A DNA stretch of 33,288 nucleotides from Gemmatimonadota bacterium (GTDB lineage: Bacteria; Gemmatimonadota; Gemmatimonadetes; Gemmatimonadales; GWC2-71-9): assembly GCA_003222235.1 (NCBI GenBank), contig QHVD01000193.1, positions 1-33,288 on the forward strand. The letters are read 5' to 3'. Below are positions 7,608 to 16,511 of the stretch, piece by piece. The notes under the pieces were generated by a model. The model was not told the DNA's origin and did no database searches. It saw nothing but the letters and a program-made list of their open reading frames with translations. The stretch's first letter is position 1; every line of letters starts with the position of its first letter. Both the position numbers and the translations under genes were made by a program.

Positions 7608-8954
7608 ATGGGCGAGAACCTGAAGGTCGTCCGGGACGCCACCTGCACGTTCTGCGGGTGCGTGTGCGACGACATGCACCTCACGGTGGACCTCGATCAG
7701 AAGCGCATCATGAAGGCCGAGAACGCCTGCATCCTTGGCAAGGCGTGGTTCAGGGAGCATGGTATCGAGGAGCGTCCGCTCGCGCTCATCGGCGGCCGCA
7801 CGGCGACCACCGAAGAAGCGGTCGAGGCGGCTGCGCAGATCCTGGCCCAGGCGCGCTTCCCTCTGATCTACGGGCTGTCCGACACGACGTGCGAGGCTCA
7901 GCGGGTGGCGGTCGCGATCGCCGACATGATCGGGGGGACGGTGGACACGACGACCTCCGTCTGCCATGGCCCGTCGGGGATCGCTTTCGAGGGCGTGGGC
8001 GAGAGCACCGCCTCCCTGGGCGAGATCAAGAACCGGGCCGACCTCGTCGTGTTCTGGGGCGGCAACCCGGCGGAGGCGCACCCCAGGCTCTTCTCGCGCT
8101 ACGCGGTGACCCCCAAGGGCATGTTCATCCCCAACGGGCGGAAAGACCGCACCGTCGTGCTCGTGGACGTGCGGCGTACTCCCAGCACTCCTGCGGCCGA
8201 CATCTTCATCCAGGTGAAGCCGCGCAGCGATTTCGAGGTGCTGTGGGCGTTGCGCGCTCTGGTCAAGGGACGCAAGGTCGATCCCTCGATCGAGCGGCGG
8301 ACGGGCGTGTCCCTCGCGGTCCTGGAGGATCTGGTCGCCCGCATGAAGAGCTGCCGTTTCGGGGTTTTCCTGTTCGGGATGGGGCTCACGATGAACCGGG
8401 GCCGGCACTTCAATTCGGGCGCGTTGCTGGCGCTCGCCACCGATCTCAACGAGTTCACCCACTGGGTGGCGAAGCCGGTCCGCGGCCACGGCAACGTGAC
8501 CGGCGCGGACAACGTCGTGTCCTGGCAGACCGGATTCCCGTTCGGCGTCAACTTCAGCCGCGGCTATCCCCGCTTCAATCCTGGTGAGTTCACCTCGGTG
8601 GACCTGCTCACCCGGCGCGAGGCCGATGCGGCCTTGATCATCGCGAGCGACCCTGCCGACAATTTCCCCAAGGCGGCGATCGAGCATCTGCGGCGCATTC
8701 CCGTGATCACACTGGATCCCAAGGCCACGCCGACGACGCAATTGGCGCAGGTGGCGTTCACGACCGCCACCTACGGGATCAACGTGTCGGGAACCGTCTA
8801 CCGCATGGACGACGTGCCGATCACGCTGCGTCCCGCCTTCGAGTCCCCGTACCCGAGCGACGAGCAGGTGCTGACCGCCATTCGCGACCGGGTGCGCGCG
8901 CTGCTGGGAGGAAACCGGCTGCCGGCGGGCGCCCCGGTCGCCGCCGCCTCGTAG
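7608..8954 (+). CDS. fwdB: Formylmethanofuran dehydrogenase subunit B, archaeal-type (FeS and Mo/W-pterin motifs retained)
   Basis: ATG 7608 is preceded by GAGGAGGG. Motifs present: CTFCGCVCDD..NAC, TSVCHGPS, GEIKNRADLVVFWGGNPAEAHPR, PVRGHGNVTG, RFNPGE, EADAALIIASDP and GTVYRMDDVPI. ORF-track entry 7512..8954. Confidence 0.85.
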   Translation: MGENLKVVRDATCTFCGCVCDDMHLTVDLDQKRIMKAENACILGKAWFREHGIEERPLALIGGRTATTEEAVEAAAQILAQARFPLIYGLSDTTCEAQRVAVAIADMIGGTVDTTTSVCHGPSGIAFEGVGESTASLGEIKNRADLVVFWGGNPAEAHPRLFSRYAVTPKGMFIPNGRKDRTVVLVDVRRTPSTPAADIFIQVKPRSDFEVLWALRALVKGRKVDPSIERRTGVSLAVLEDLVARMKSCRFGVFLFGMGLTMNRGRHFNSGALLALATDLNEFTHWVAKPVRGHGNVTGADNVVSWQTGFPFGVNFSRGYPRFNPGEFTSVDLLTRREADAALIIASDPADNFPKAAIEHLRRIPVITLDPKATPTTQLAQVAFTTATYGINVSGTVYRMDDVPITLRPAFESPYPSDEQVLTAIRDRVRALLGGNRLPAGAPVAAAS

Positions 8955-8979
8955 AGCCTGGCGTCCCCGGAGGAATACC

Positions 8980-10671
8980 GTGGGATCGCCGCTGCGCATC
9001 GTCAACGGTCGGGTATACGACCCCGCCAACGGCGTCAACGGCGCGGTGCAGGATGTGTGCGTCCGCGACGGGAAGATCGTGGCCGACGTGCCACCCGACG
9101 CGAAGCGCATCGACGCGGCCGGCATGGTGGTGATGCCGGGCGGCATCGACATCCACTGCCACATCGCCGGCCCGAAGGTCAACCTCGCCCGCAAGGTGCA
9201 GCCCGAGACCCACCAGGACGACGTGCAGCTCCGCACCCGGCTCACCCGATCGGGCACCGGCGGCACGGTTCCCTCCACGTTCGCGACGGGCTATCGCTAT
9301 GCGACGCTCGGCTACACGACCGCCATGGAAGCGGCCGTGACGCCTCTCGGAGCGCGGCACACGCTGGAGGAATTCCACGACACGCCCGTCCTCGACAAGG
9401 GCTTTTTCGTGCTGGTGGGCAACAACCTGCTGCTCTACCGGCTGCTCCAGGAGGGACGGCGCGAGGAGCTCCGGCACGCGCTCGCCTGGTGGCTGAAGGT
9501 GACCAAGGCGTATGCCCCGAAGCTCGTGAATCCCGGGGGGGACGAGATGTGGAAGGGCCAGCGCAACGCCAACATCACCAGCCTCGACGACAAGATCGGG
9601 TCCTTCGACCTCACCCCGCGCCGGGTGATCGCCGCGTTCATCGAGGCCGGGAACGAGCTGGGGCTCCCGCACCCCGTGCACATCCACTGCAACAACCTCG
9701 GCCACTCGGGGAACGTCGAAACGACGCTCGAGACGATGCGGCTCGCCGAAGGGCGGCGGGCGCACATCGCGCACATTCAGTTCCACAGCTACGGCGCCGC
9801 CGCCGGCAAGAGCCAGAGCAACCCGACGTCGCGCGCGCGGGACATCATCGAGTACATCAACACGCACCCCAACATCAGCGCCGATGTCGGCGCGGTGATG
9901 TTCGGGCCCGCCACCATCATGACCGGGGACGCCCCGCTCGCCTACATGCTGCGCCGCTTCGGAGGCAACAAGTGGGTGAACGCCGACACGGAAAACGAGA
10001 GCGGGTGCGGCATCGTCCCCTTCAGATACCAGGATCGGGTATACACGAACGCCCTGCAGTGGGCCATCGGGCTCGAACTGCTGCTGCTCTCCGAAGACCC
10101 CTGGCGCATGGTGTTCTCCACCGATCACCCGAACGGCGGGTCGTTCATGAGCTACCCGCGGCTCATTCGCCTGCTGATGGACCGCGGGTACCGCAAGGAG
10201 CAGATGGCCCACGTGAACCAGAAGGCGCTCGACCGGAGCGCCCTGCGCGACTGCCAGGAGCGGGAGTACTCGCTGTCGGAGATCGCGATCATCACGCGCG
10301 CCGGGCCGGCCCGACTGCTCGGGCTCACCGACAAAGGGCACCTCGGGGTCGGGGCGGACGCCGACGTGACGATCTACGAGGAGGATGAGGACAAGGAGAA
10401 GATGTTCTCGGCGCCGCGGTACGTGATCAAGGACGGCGAGCTCATCATCGAAGACCACGAGCTGCGCGCGGACCACCAGGGGCGCCTCCTGCACGTCGCG
10501 CCGGATTACGATCCCCAAATCGAGCAGGTGATCGAGCCGTTCTTCGAGGACTTCTACACCATCCGGTTTGCGAACTATCCGGTGGACGACCGCTACGTGC
10601 CCAATGGCCAGATCATCCCCACGACGCCATCGGTGGCGGCCGCCCCCGCGACCGCCGGCACACGGACGTGA
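8980..10671 (+). CDS. fwdA: Formylmethanofuran dehydrogenase subunit A (amidohydrolase; FwdA/FhcA)
   Basis: 563 aa with a GTG start after GGAGGA. Has the PGGIDIHCHIAGP metal-binding HxH motif, with FwdA/FhcA-like sequence throughout. Confidence 0.9.
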   Translation: MGSPLRIVNGRVYDPANGVNGAVQDVCVRDGKIVADVPPDAKRIDAAGMVVMPGGIDIHCHIAGPKVNLARKVQPETHQDDVQLRTRLTRSGTGGTVPSTFATGYRYATLGYTTAMEAAVTPLGARHTLEEFHDTPVLDKGFFVLVGNNLLLYRLLQEGRREELRHALAWWLKVTKAYAPKLVNPGGDEMWKGQRNANITSLDDKIGSFDLTPRRVIAAFIEAGNELGLPHPVHIHCNNLGHSGNVETTLETMRLAEGRRAHIAHIQFHSYGAAAGKSQSNPTSRARDIIEYINTHPNISADVGAVMFGPATIMTGDAPLAYMLRRFGGNKWVNADTENESGCGIVPFRYQDRVYTNALQWAIGLELLLLSEDPWRMVFSTDHPNGGSFMSYPRLIRLLMDRGYRKEQMAHVNQKALDRSALRDCQEREYSLSEIAIITRAGPARLLGLTDKGHLGVGADADVTIYEEDEDKEKMFSAPRYVIKDGELIIEDHELRADHQGRLLHVAPDYDPQIEQVIEPFFEDFYTIRFANYPVDDRYVPNGQIIPTTPSVAAAPATAGTRT

Positions 10672-11498
10672 CCCTCACCTTGACCCTGCGTACCGCACCC
10701 ACGGTACCGCTCGAGGCAGATGTCTTGAGTCCGGACCGTCTGTCCGGCGTGTCGGCGCTCGAGGCCGCGAAGCTCACCGTCGTCCACGGCAACCAGCGCG
10801 CCGACCTGGGCGAGTTCTTCCAGGTCGGGGGCGCCGCCGACGGTGAGCTCCACCTCACGGGCGACCTGGCCCAGGTGAAACAGATCGGCACGGGCATGGC
10901 ACGGGGCCGGATCGTGGTGCACGGATCCGTGGGCATGCACCTCGGCGCGGGCATGACCGGCGGGGAGATCGTCGTGGAGGGCGACGCCGGCGACTGGGTG
11001 GGCCCGGAAATGTCGGGAGGACGGATCGTCGTCAAGGGGAACGCCGGTCACATGCTCGGCAGCGCCCGCCGCGGCAGCCAGATCGGCGTGCGCGGCGGGG
11101 AGATCGTCGTATTCGGGAACGCGGGCAACGAGGTCGGCAACGGCATGCGCCGCGGGCTGATCGCGATCGGCGGCGACGCCGGCGACTTTGCGGGGGTGAA
11201 CATGCTCGCGGGGACCATCGTGGTGCTCGGACGCCTTGCGTGGAGGGCCGGCGCGGGGATGAGGCGCGGCTCGATCATCTCCATGCATCCCGCAGAACTG
11301 CTGCCCACGTTCAGCTACGCCTGCGACTACGCCCCCGAGTTCCTGCGTGTCTGCCTGCGCCACGTACGCGGGCTGGGCCTGACCATCGCCGACTCGCACG
11401 TGAACGGCCGGTACCAGCGCTGGTGCGGCGACGGAATCGAGCTGAACCGGGGCGAGGTGCTGATCCTCGATTCCGCGGGGACCGCGTCGCGGAGCTGA
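10668..11498 (+). CDS. fwdC: Formylmethanofuran dehydrogenase subunit C (FwdC/FhcC, GXGXG-repeat beta-helix)
   Basis: 276 aa. Shows repeated G.MxgGxIvVxGnaG units. The start overlaps the fwdA stop (GTGA). Confidence 0.9.
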   Translation: MTLTLTLRTAPTVPLEADVLSPDRLSGVSALEAAKLTVVHGNQRADLGEFFQVGGAADGELHLTGDLAQVKQIGTGMARGRIVVHGSVGMHLGAGMTGGEIVVEGDAGDWVGPEMSGGRIVVKGNAGHMLGSARRGSQIGVRGGEIVVFGNAGNEVGNGMRRGLIAIGGDAGDFAGVNMLAGTIVVLGRLAWRAGAGMRRGSIISMHPAELLPTFSYACDYAPEFLRVCLRHVRGLGLTIADSHVNGRYQRWCGDGIELNRGEVLILDSAGTASRS

Positions 11499-11556
11499 CG
11501 CGACGCCGCCAGCGCCCCGGAGAATTGGCTCTCGTCCGAGGACGGAGGGGTTGACG

Positions 11557-12465
11557 ATGCTTGTGCGCGGCGTGCTCATCGAAGACACGTTCGCCGAGGC
11601 GTTCACCATGCGCGTGGCGCGGCTCGTCATCACGGGCGGCACGCCGCGCTGGGCGCGAGAGGCGGGGCTCAAGCTGACCGGCTTCGCGACTTCGGTGATC
11701 GGGTGCAAATGCGAGGCGGGGATCGAGCGCGAGCTCTCCGAGACCGAAACGCCCGACGGGCGGCCGGGGGTGAGCGTGCTGTTCCTGACGATGGACAAGG
11801 AGAGCCTCCCACAACAGCTGATCTCGCGGATCGGCCAGACGGTGCTGACCTGCCCCACGACGGCGTGCTTCGACGGGCTCCCGGACGGACCCGACCGGCT
11901 GCCGGTGGGCAAGGCGCTGCGGGTGTTCGGCGACGGGTTCCAGGGGAGCAAGGTGATCGGCGGCAAGCGGTACTGGCGGGTGCCGGTGATGGAGGGGGAG
12001 TTCCTGGTGGAGGAGACGTTCGGCATGCAGAAGGGGGTGGGCGGCGGGAACTTCCTGATCCTCGCCCGGGATGCCGATGCTGCGCTCGCGGCGGCCGAGG
12101 CCGCGGTCGACGCGATGGCCAACCACCCGGGCGTGGTCCTCCCGTTTCCCGGCGGCGTGGTGCGGAGCGGTAGCAAGGTGGGCTCGAAGCGCTACAAGAA
12201 AATGGTCGCGACGACGAACGACGCCTTCTGCCCCACGCTCCGGGCGCTCACCGAATCCCAGCTTCCCGAGGGCGTGAACAGCGTGCTCGAGATCGTGCTC
12301 GATGGGACCGACGCCCCCGCGATCGCAGCGGCGATGCGGTTGGGAATCGACGCCGCCTGCCGGCCGGGCGTGCAGGCGATCACGGCCGGCAACTACGGCG
12401 GCAAGCTCGGGCCGCATCACTTTCACCTGCGCCGCATCATGGGAGGCGAGTCGCAGGCCGCGTGA
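11557..12465 (+). CDS. ftr: Formylmethanofuran:tetrahydromethanopterin N-formyltransferase (Ftr/FhcD)
   Basis: ATG 11557 lies 6 nt after GGAGGGG; the ORF track opens at TTG 11551. Contains IEDTFAEAF..RLVITG..TGFATSVIGC..E, a typical Ftr N-terminus. Confidence 0.9.
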   Translation: MLVRGVLIEDTFAEAFTMRVARLVITGGTPRWAREAGLKLTGFATSVIGCKCEAGIERELSETETPDGRPGVSVLFLTMDKESLPQQLISRIGQTVLTCPTTACFDGLPDGPDRLPVGKALRVFGDGFQGSKVIGGKRYWRVPVMEGEFLVEETFGMQKGVGGGNFLILARDADAALAAAEAAVDAMANHPGVVLPFPGGVVRSGSKVGSKRYKKMVATTNDAFCPTLRALTESQLPEGVNSVLEIVLDGTDAPAIAAAMRLGIDAACRPGVQAITAGNYGGKLGPHHFHLRRIMGGESQAA

Positions 12466-13448
12466 GTGACGTCCTCGGTGGGATGCGCCGCGTGCCGCTG
12501 GGCGTCAATGACCGCGCCTGGGAGATTGCGGACATCATGGTGGCGAACGCGGACGCGATGCGGGTCGCGTCACGCACCCTGGGGAACGGCGCGCGCGTGA
12601 TCGACGCCGGCATCAATGCGCCCGGGGGCTACGCGGCTGGCGCGGCCATCGCCGAGATGTGCATGGGAGGGCTCGGGGACGTGGACTACGCCCCGGTGCC
12701 GATCGGCGGGGAGACCTGGCCTGGCGTGCGGGTATGGACCGATCACCCGGCCGTGAGCTGTATGGCGTCGCAGTACGCCGGCTGGACGATCCAGGTGGGA
12801 AAATACTTCGCCATGGGCTCGGGACCGCTGCGCGCCCATGCCCGGGTGGAGAAGGAGCTGTTCGAGAAGTTGGGCTATGCCGAGACGGCCCGGCGCGGGG
12901 TGCTGGTGCTCGAGACCCGCAACCCGGCGACCGAGGAGGTGGCGGCCTGGGTGGCGCAGAAGGCGGGACTCGCTCCCGACCGGCTCACGTTCGTCGTGGC
13001 GCCGACGGCGAGCCTCGCCGGCGGAGTACAGATCGCCGCGCGGATTCTCGAGACGGGGCTCCACAAGATGGACGCGCTGGGCTTCGACCTGAAGAAGGTC
13101 GTGAGCGGCATCGGGACCGCTCCGCTCCCCCCGGTCGCGAAGAACGACTTGCGGGGCATCGGCCGCACCAACGACTGCATCCTCTACGGGGGACAGGCCC
13201 GCTACACGGTGCACGCCGACGACGCCGAGCTCGCCGAGCTCGTGCCGAAGATCCCGGCCGCGGCCTCAAAGGACTATGGCACCCCGTTCTACGAAATCTT
13301 CAAACGCTACGGCGGCGACTTTTACAAGATCGACCCGCTGCTCTTCAGCCCCGCCGAGGTGTGGCTGACGAGCGTGGAGAGCGGCAAGACGTACCACGCG
13401 GGGTATCTGAACCCCGAGGTGCTGCACGCGTCGCTGCTCGAGACCTGA
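12462..13448 (+). CDS. mch: Methenyl-tetrahydromethanopterin cyclohydrolase
   Basis: 328 aa. Contains SCMASQYAGW and YFAMGSGP signatures. GTGA overlap with ftr. Confidence 0.9.
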   Translation: MSDVLGGMRRVPLGVNDRAWEIADIMVANADAMRVASRTLGNGARVIDAGINAPGGYAAGAAIAEMCMGGLGDVDYAPVPIGGETWPGVRVWTDHPAVSCMASQYAGWTIQVGKYFAMGSGPLRAHARVEKELFEKLGYAETARRGVLVLETRNPATEEVAAWVAQKAGLAPDRLTFVVAPTASLAGGVQIAARILETGLHKMDALGFDLKKVVSGIGTAPLPPVAKNDLRGIGRTNDCILYGGQARYTVHADDAELAELVPKIPAAASKDYGTPFYEIFKRYGGDFYKIDPLLFSPAEVWLTSVESGKTYHAGYLNPEVLHASLLET

Positions 13449-13462
13449 GGCCCCCCCGCGCC

Positions 13463-14467
13463 ATGGCCAACCAGTCCACGGACCCTGCAGGAAGCAACCT
13501 CGATCGACGTCGCGGCGTCGATCGTCGAGCACCTCATCCGGCGGTTGGCGCCGACGTGAGTGCGCCGGCGGCGGAGCCCGCCCGGTCGGGGCTCGCTCCG
13601 GCGGCCGACGTGGCCGCGGCCGCCCAGCTGGCCTGCCTGCTCGAAGCGACCGCCCCCAAGCCCGGCAACGTCTCGCCTACGGCCTCGTTTCACGACGCGA
13701 CCTACGGGGACTTCCTGGCGAGCGCCGTGGCGATCGGTCCGGCGCTCGCCGCCGCCGGCGAGCGGCCGCTCGGTGCCACGATCTACGCCGCCGTCGAGGC
13801 CACCACCCGGTGGACGCGCTCCAACACGAACCTGGGCCTCGTGTTGCTACTCGCGCCCCTGGCCCGGGCCGCCCTCAGGCCCGGGTCCGCACCGCTCAGA
13901 GCCAAGCTTGCCGCCACGCTCGCCGAGACCACCGTAGCGGATGCGCGCGATGCCTACGCCGCGATCCGGCTTGCCGCGCCGGGAGGGCTGGGACGCGCTC
14001 CCGAGCAGGATGTCGCCCATACCCCCACGGTGCCCCTGGGCGCGACGATGGCGCTCGCCGCGGAGCGCGACGCGATCGCGCGCGAGTACGTCACCGAATT
14101 CCGGGCCACGTTCGAGGTCGGGGTCGCCGCGCTCCGCCACGCGCTCGGCAGCGGCCTGGGCTGGCCGGAGGCGACGGTTGAGGCGTACCTCGCGCTGCTC
14201 GCCGCGGCACCCGACACGCACATCGCCCGCAAGCTCGGCGCCGCCGAAGCCGCCGCCGTGCAGCGCCGGGCGCAAGAGGTGCTCGCGGCCGGAGGGGTCC
14301 GCACCCCGGCAGGGCGCGACGCGATCACGGCGCTCGACCGCGAGCTGCGCCACGAGCGTAACCGGCGGAATCCCGGCGCGACGGCGGATCTCACGGGAGC
14401 GGCGATCTGCGTCGTGTTACTGGAAGGCGGCTGGCGGCGCGGTGGAGGGACTGATGGCAGCGCGTAA
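13463..14467 (+). CDS. Triphosphoribosyl-dephospho-CoA synthase (CitG)-like protein of H4MPT islands (orf7-like)
   Basis: Contains LEATAPKPGNVSP, TNLGLVLLLAPLA and NPGATADL motifs of the CitG/MdcB family. The start is uncertain: ATG 13463, or GTG 13556 which gives a more typical length of about 303 aa. Confidence 0.75.
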   Translation: MANQSTDPAGSNLDRRRGVDRRAPHPAVGADVSAPAAEPARSGLAPAADVAAAAQLACLLEATAPKPGNVSPTASFHDATYGDFLASAVAIGPALAAAGERPLGATIYAAVEATTRWTRSNTNLGLVLLLAPLARAALRPGSAPLRAKLAATLAETTVADARDAYAAIRLAAPGGLGRAPEQDVAHTPTVPLGATMALAAERDAIAREYVTEFRATFEVGVAALRHALGSGLGWPEATVEAYLALLAAAPDTHIARKLGAAEAAAVQRRAQEVLAAGGVRTPAGRDAITALDRELRHERNRRNPGATADLTGAAICVVLLEGGWRRGGGTDGSA

Positions 14468-14957
14468 GCAGTTCAAGATCGCCGTCGCGAAAGACAACCT
14501 CGTGTTCGCGTCGGCCCACTTCATCACGTTCTCCGGGCACCGCTGCGAGACGCTGCACGGCCACAACTACCGCACGCGCGTCGTCGTGGAGGGCGGCCTC
14601 GATCCCGAGGCCCACTTCGTGCTCGACTTCTCCGAGGTAAAACAGATCACGAAGCGCCTGACGGATGAGGTCGACCACAAGGTGCTCCTCCCGCTCCAGA
14701 ACCCAAAGATCGAGATTCGGGAGGAAGGCGACACGGTGACGGTCGCCGTGGGCGGGAAGCCGCGCTACGTGTTCCCGAAGGGTGATTGCGCGCTTCTGCC
14801 CATCCCGAACACGACGGTGGAGATGCTGGCGGAGTATCTCGCGGGACGGGTCGCGAGGGCGCTCGCGTCGTCGGAGGGGGTCGACTTGCGGGCGATCGAA
14901 GTCGAGGTCGAGGAGAACTTCGGCCAATCCGCGACCTACCGCGAGTCGCTGGAGTGA
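14454..14957 (+). CDS. 6-pyruvoyl-tetrahydropterin synthase (PTPS/QueD)-related protein
   Basis: 167 aa. Has FASAHFITFSGHRCETLHGHNY, the Cys plus His zinc/catalytic pattern of the PTPS family. ATG 14454 overlaps the end of the preceding gene. Confidence 0.8.
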   Translation: MAARKQFKIAVAKDNLVFASAHFITFSGHRCETLHGHNYRTRVVVEGGLDPEAHFVLDFSEVKQITKRLTDEVDHKVLLPLQNPKIEIREEGDTVTVAVGGKPRYVFPKGDCALLPIPNTTVEMLAEYLAGRVARALASSEGVDLRAIEVEVEENFGQSATYRESLE

Positions 14958-15694
14958 CGTTCCCGCGCCTCGATGTCGGCCCTGCCCAGCCCGGCGTCGT
15001 GCAGCGCGGTCGCCACCAGAGCGCCGTCACACCCGGCGTCCGCGAGGCCCACAAGATCGCGCCGAGAGCGGACGCCGCCCCCCGCGAGCAGCTCGACCTC
15101 GGGATGCGCCTCTCGGAGCGCTCCCAGGAGCGGGAGATCGAGGCCGAGACCCGTGCCGACGCGGGCGAGATCGATCACGAGGATCGCGCCCGCGCCCGCA
15201 TCGATGGCGGCCCGCACGAGCTCGAGCGGCGTTCCGCCGTGCGGCGCACCGGGAAGCACGATGGGCTCGCCGCCGCGGAGATCGAGGCTGAAGACGATCC
15301 GCTCCCGGCCGACCGAGGTCGCGATGTCACGCAGCGCATCGAAGGAGGACAGCGTCTCGAGCCCGACGACGACGCGCTCGGCGCCGTGCGTCAACACGTC
15401 ATGCGCCCGCCGCGGAGTCGTCACCGCCGCATCCACCAGCAACCGGCCGCCGGCCACGGCGAGGGCATCGAGCAGTGCCTGCTGCGGCGCGCCGCCGGCG
15501 ATGGCATCGAGATCGGCCACATACCACTCGTCGCGGCCCAGCCGGTCGCGGAATGCGCCCGCGAGTGCGAGCGCATCCCCCGCCCGCTCCTCGGGCAACA
15601 GCACCGAGTGTACGGGAGCGTAGCCCTCCCGCCGACCGCCCTCCGCGCGCACCGCACGGCCGGCCATGAGGTCGAGGACCGGAATCACGCGCAT
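14936..15694 (-). CDS. HisA/HisF-family TIM-barrel protein (H4MPT/MFR-island type)
   Basis: 252 aa. Starts MRVIPVLDLMAGRAV and has a C-terminal GGGVRS..D..L...G.DGALVATALH phosphate-binding motif. Its 3' end overlaps the convergent PTPS-like gene by 22 nt. Confidence 0.75.
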   Translation of the reverse strand: MRVIPVLDLMAGRAVRAEGGRREGYAPVHSVLLPEERAGDALALAGAFRDRLGRDEWYVADLDAIAGGAPQQALLDALAVAGGRLLVDAAVTTPRRAHDVLTHGAERVVVGLETLSSFDALRDIATSVGRERIVFSLDLRGGEPIVLPGAPHGGTPLELVRAAIDAGAGAILVIDLARVGTGLGLDLPLLGALREAHPEVELLAGGGVRSRRDLVGLADAGCDGALVATALHDAGLGRADIEARERHSSDSR

Positions 15695-15751
15695 GTCAAC
15701 TTGTCGGGTGGGCGCAACGTAGGAGAGGAGTGCGCGACGGTGGGGCTGCTC

Positions 15752-15859
15752 CTAGCGCCGTTCCAACTTTTCGGGACTAATCGCAGAACCGGGATAGTCG
15801 TGACCAGAGAGCTCATTCGGCGAAGGGGAACTAGGCGCGAAAAGTTGGAACGGCACTAG
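15752..15859. repeat. 108-bp element bounded by 22-bp inverted repeats (21/22 match), MITE-like or operator/structured-RNA candidate
   Basis: Left arm 15752-15773 is CTAGCGCCGTTCCAACTTTTCG. Right arm 15838-15859 is CGAAAAGTTGGAACGGCACTAG. Both outer ends are CTAG. The element lies in the divergent intergenic region 15695-15890. Confidence 0.6.
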
Positions 15860-15890
15860 CGGCCGAATTCGCCCGAGAGACGACCACGGT

Positions 15891-16511
15891 ATGAACCCCG
15901 ACTCCGGCGTCGTCCGGACGGTCGTAAAGGTTGGCGGCGGCCTGCTGAGCCGCGCCGGCGCCTTCGACCGGGTCACCGAGGCGCTGACCGCCTTCACGCG
16001 GGGCCGCCGGGTGCTGATCGTCCCAGGTGGCGGCCCATTCGCCGACGCGGTGCGGCAGATGTTCAAGCGCATCAAGATCGGCGAGGACGCGGCGCACTGG
16101 ATGGCGGTGCTCAGCATGGACCAGTACGCCCACGCCCTGGCCGCCCGCATCCCAGGGGCGGTCCTGCTCCACGAGCAAGCGGACATCGCGGCGACCATCG
16201 CTGCCGGGCGACTGCCGGTGCTCGCGCCCTACCGCTGGCTCGAGTTGGCCGACCCGCTCCCCCATTCCTGGGAGGTCACGAGCGACAGCATTGCCGCCTG
16301 GGTGGCCGGCGCGCTCGCTGCCCGCCGGCTGGTGCTGATCAAGCCCGCCCGCGGCGACACGAAGCAGCTCGTGGACCCGCTGTTCCTGCGCACCCTGCCG
16401 GCGACCGTCGAGCACGTGATCATAACCGCCGACGATCTCGGGCAACTGGACGTGGCGTTAGACGAAGGCGGTGGATTGAGCCGCGGACGCAGGGTCCGCC
16501 AGGGCCCGTAA
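15891..16511 (+). CDS. Amino-acid-kinase-fold protein (aspartate/glutamate/uridylate kinase family; orf20-like, candidate kinase in MFR or H4MPT biosynthesis)
   Basis: 206 aa with VVKVGGGLL and LIVPGGGPFAD motifs. The last ~18 codons overlap the convergent mfnB gene and look non-conserved. Confidence 0.65.
   Translation: MNPDSGVVRTVVKVGGGLLSRAGAFDRVTEALTAFTRGRRVLIVPGGGPFADAVRQMFKRIKIGEDAAHWMAVLSMDQYAHALAARIPGAVLLHEQADIAATIAAGRLPVLAPYRWLELADPLPHSWEVTSDSIAAWVAGALAARRLVLIKPARGDTKQLVDPLFLRTLPATVEHVIITADDLGQLDVALDEGGGLSRGRRVRQGP

Noticed and set aside
7473-12176. Very long minus-strand ORFs (7473..9278, 8821..10518, 10593..12176) antisense to fwdB, fwdA, fwdC and ftr. Similar ones elsewhere include 18264..19949, 21888..23443 and 23820..25820.
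   Set aside because: Their translations are Arg/Pro/Gly/His-rich with no recognisable motifs. Each lies opposite a plus-strand gene with unmistakable family signatures. Long antisense open frames are expected at about 70% GC because stop codons are AT-rich.
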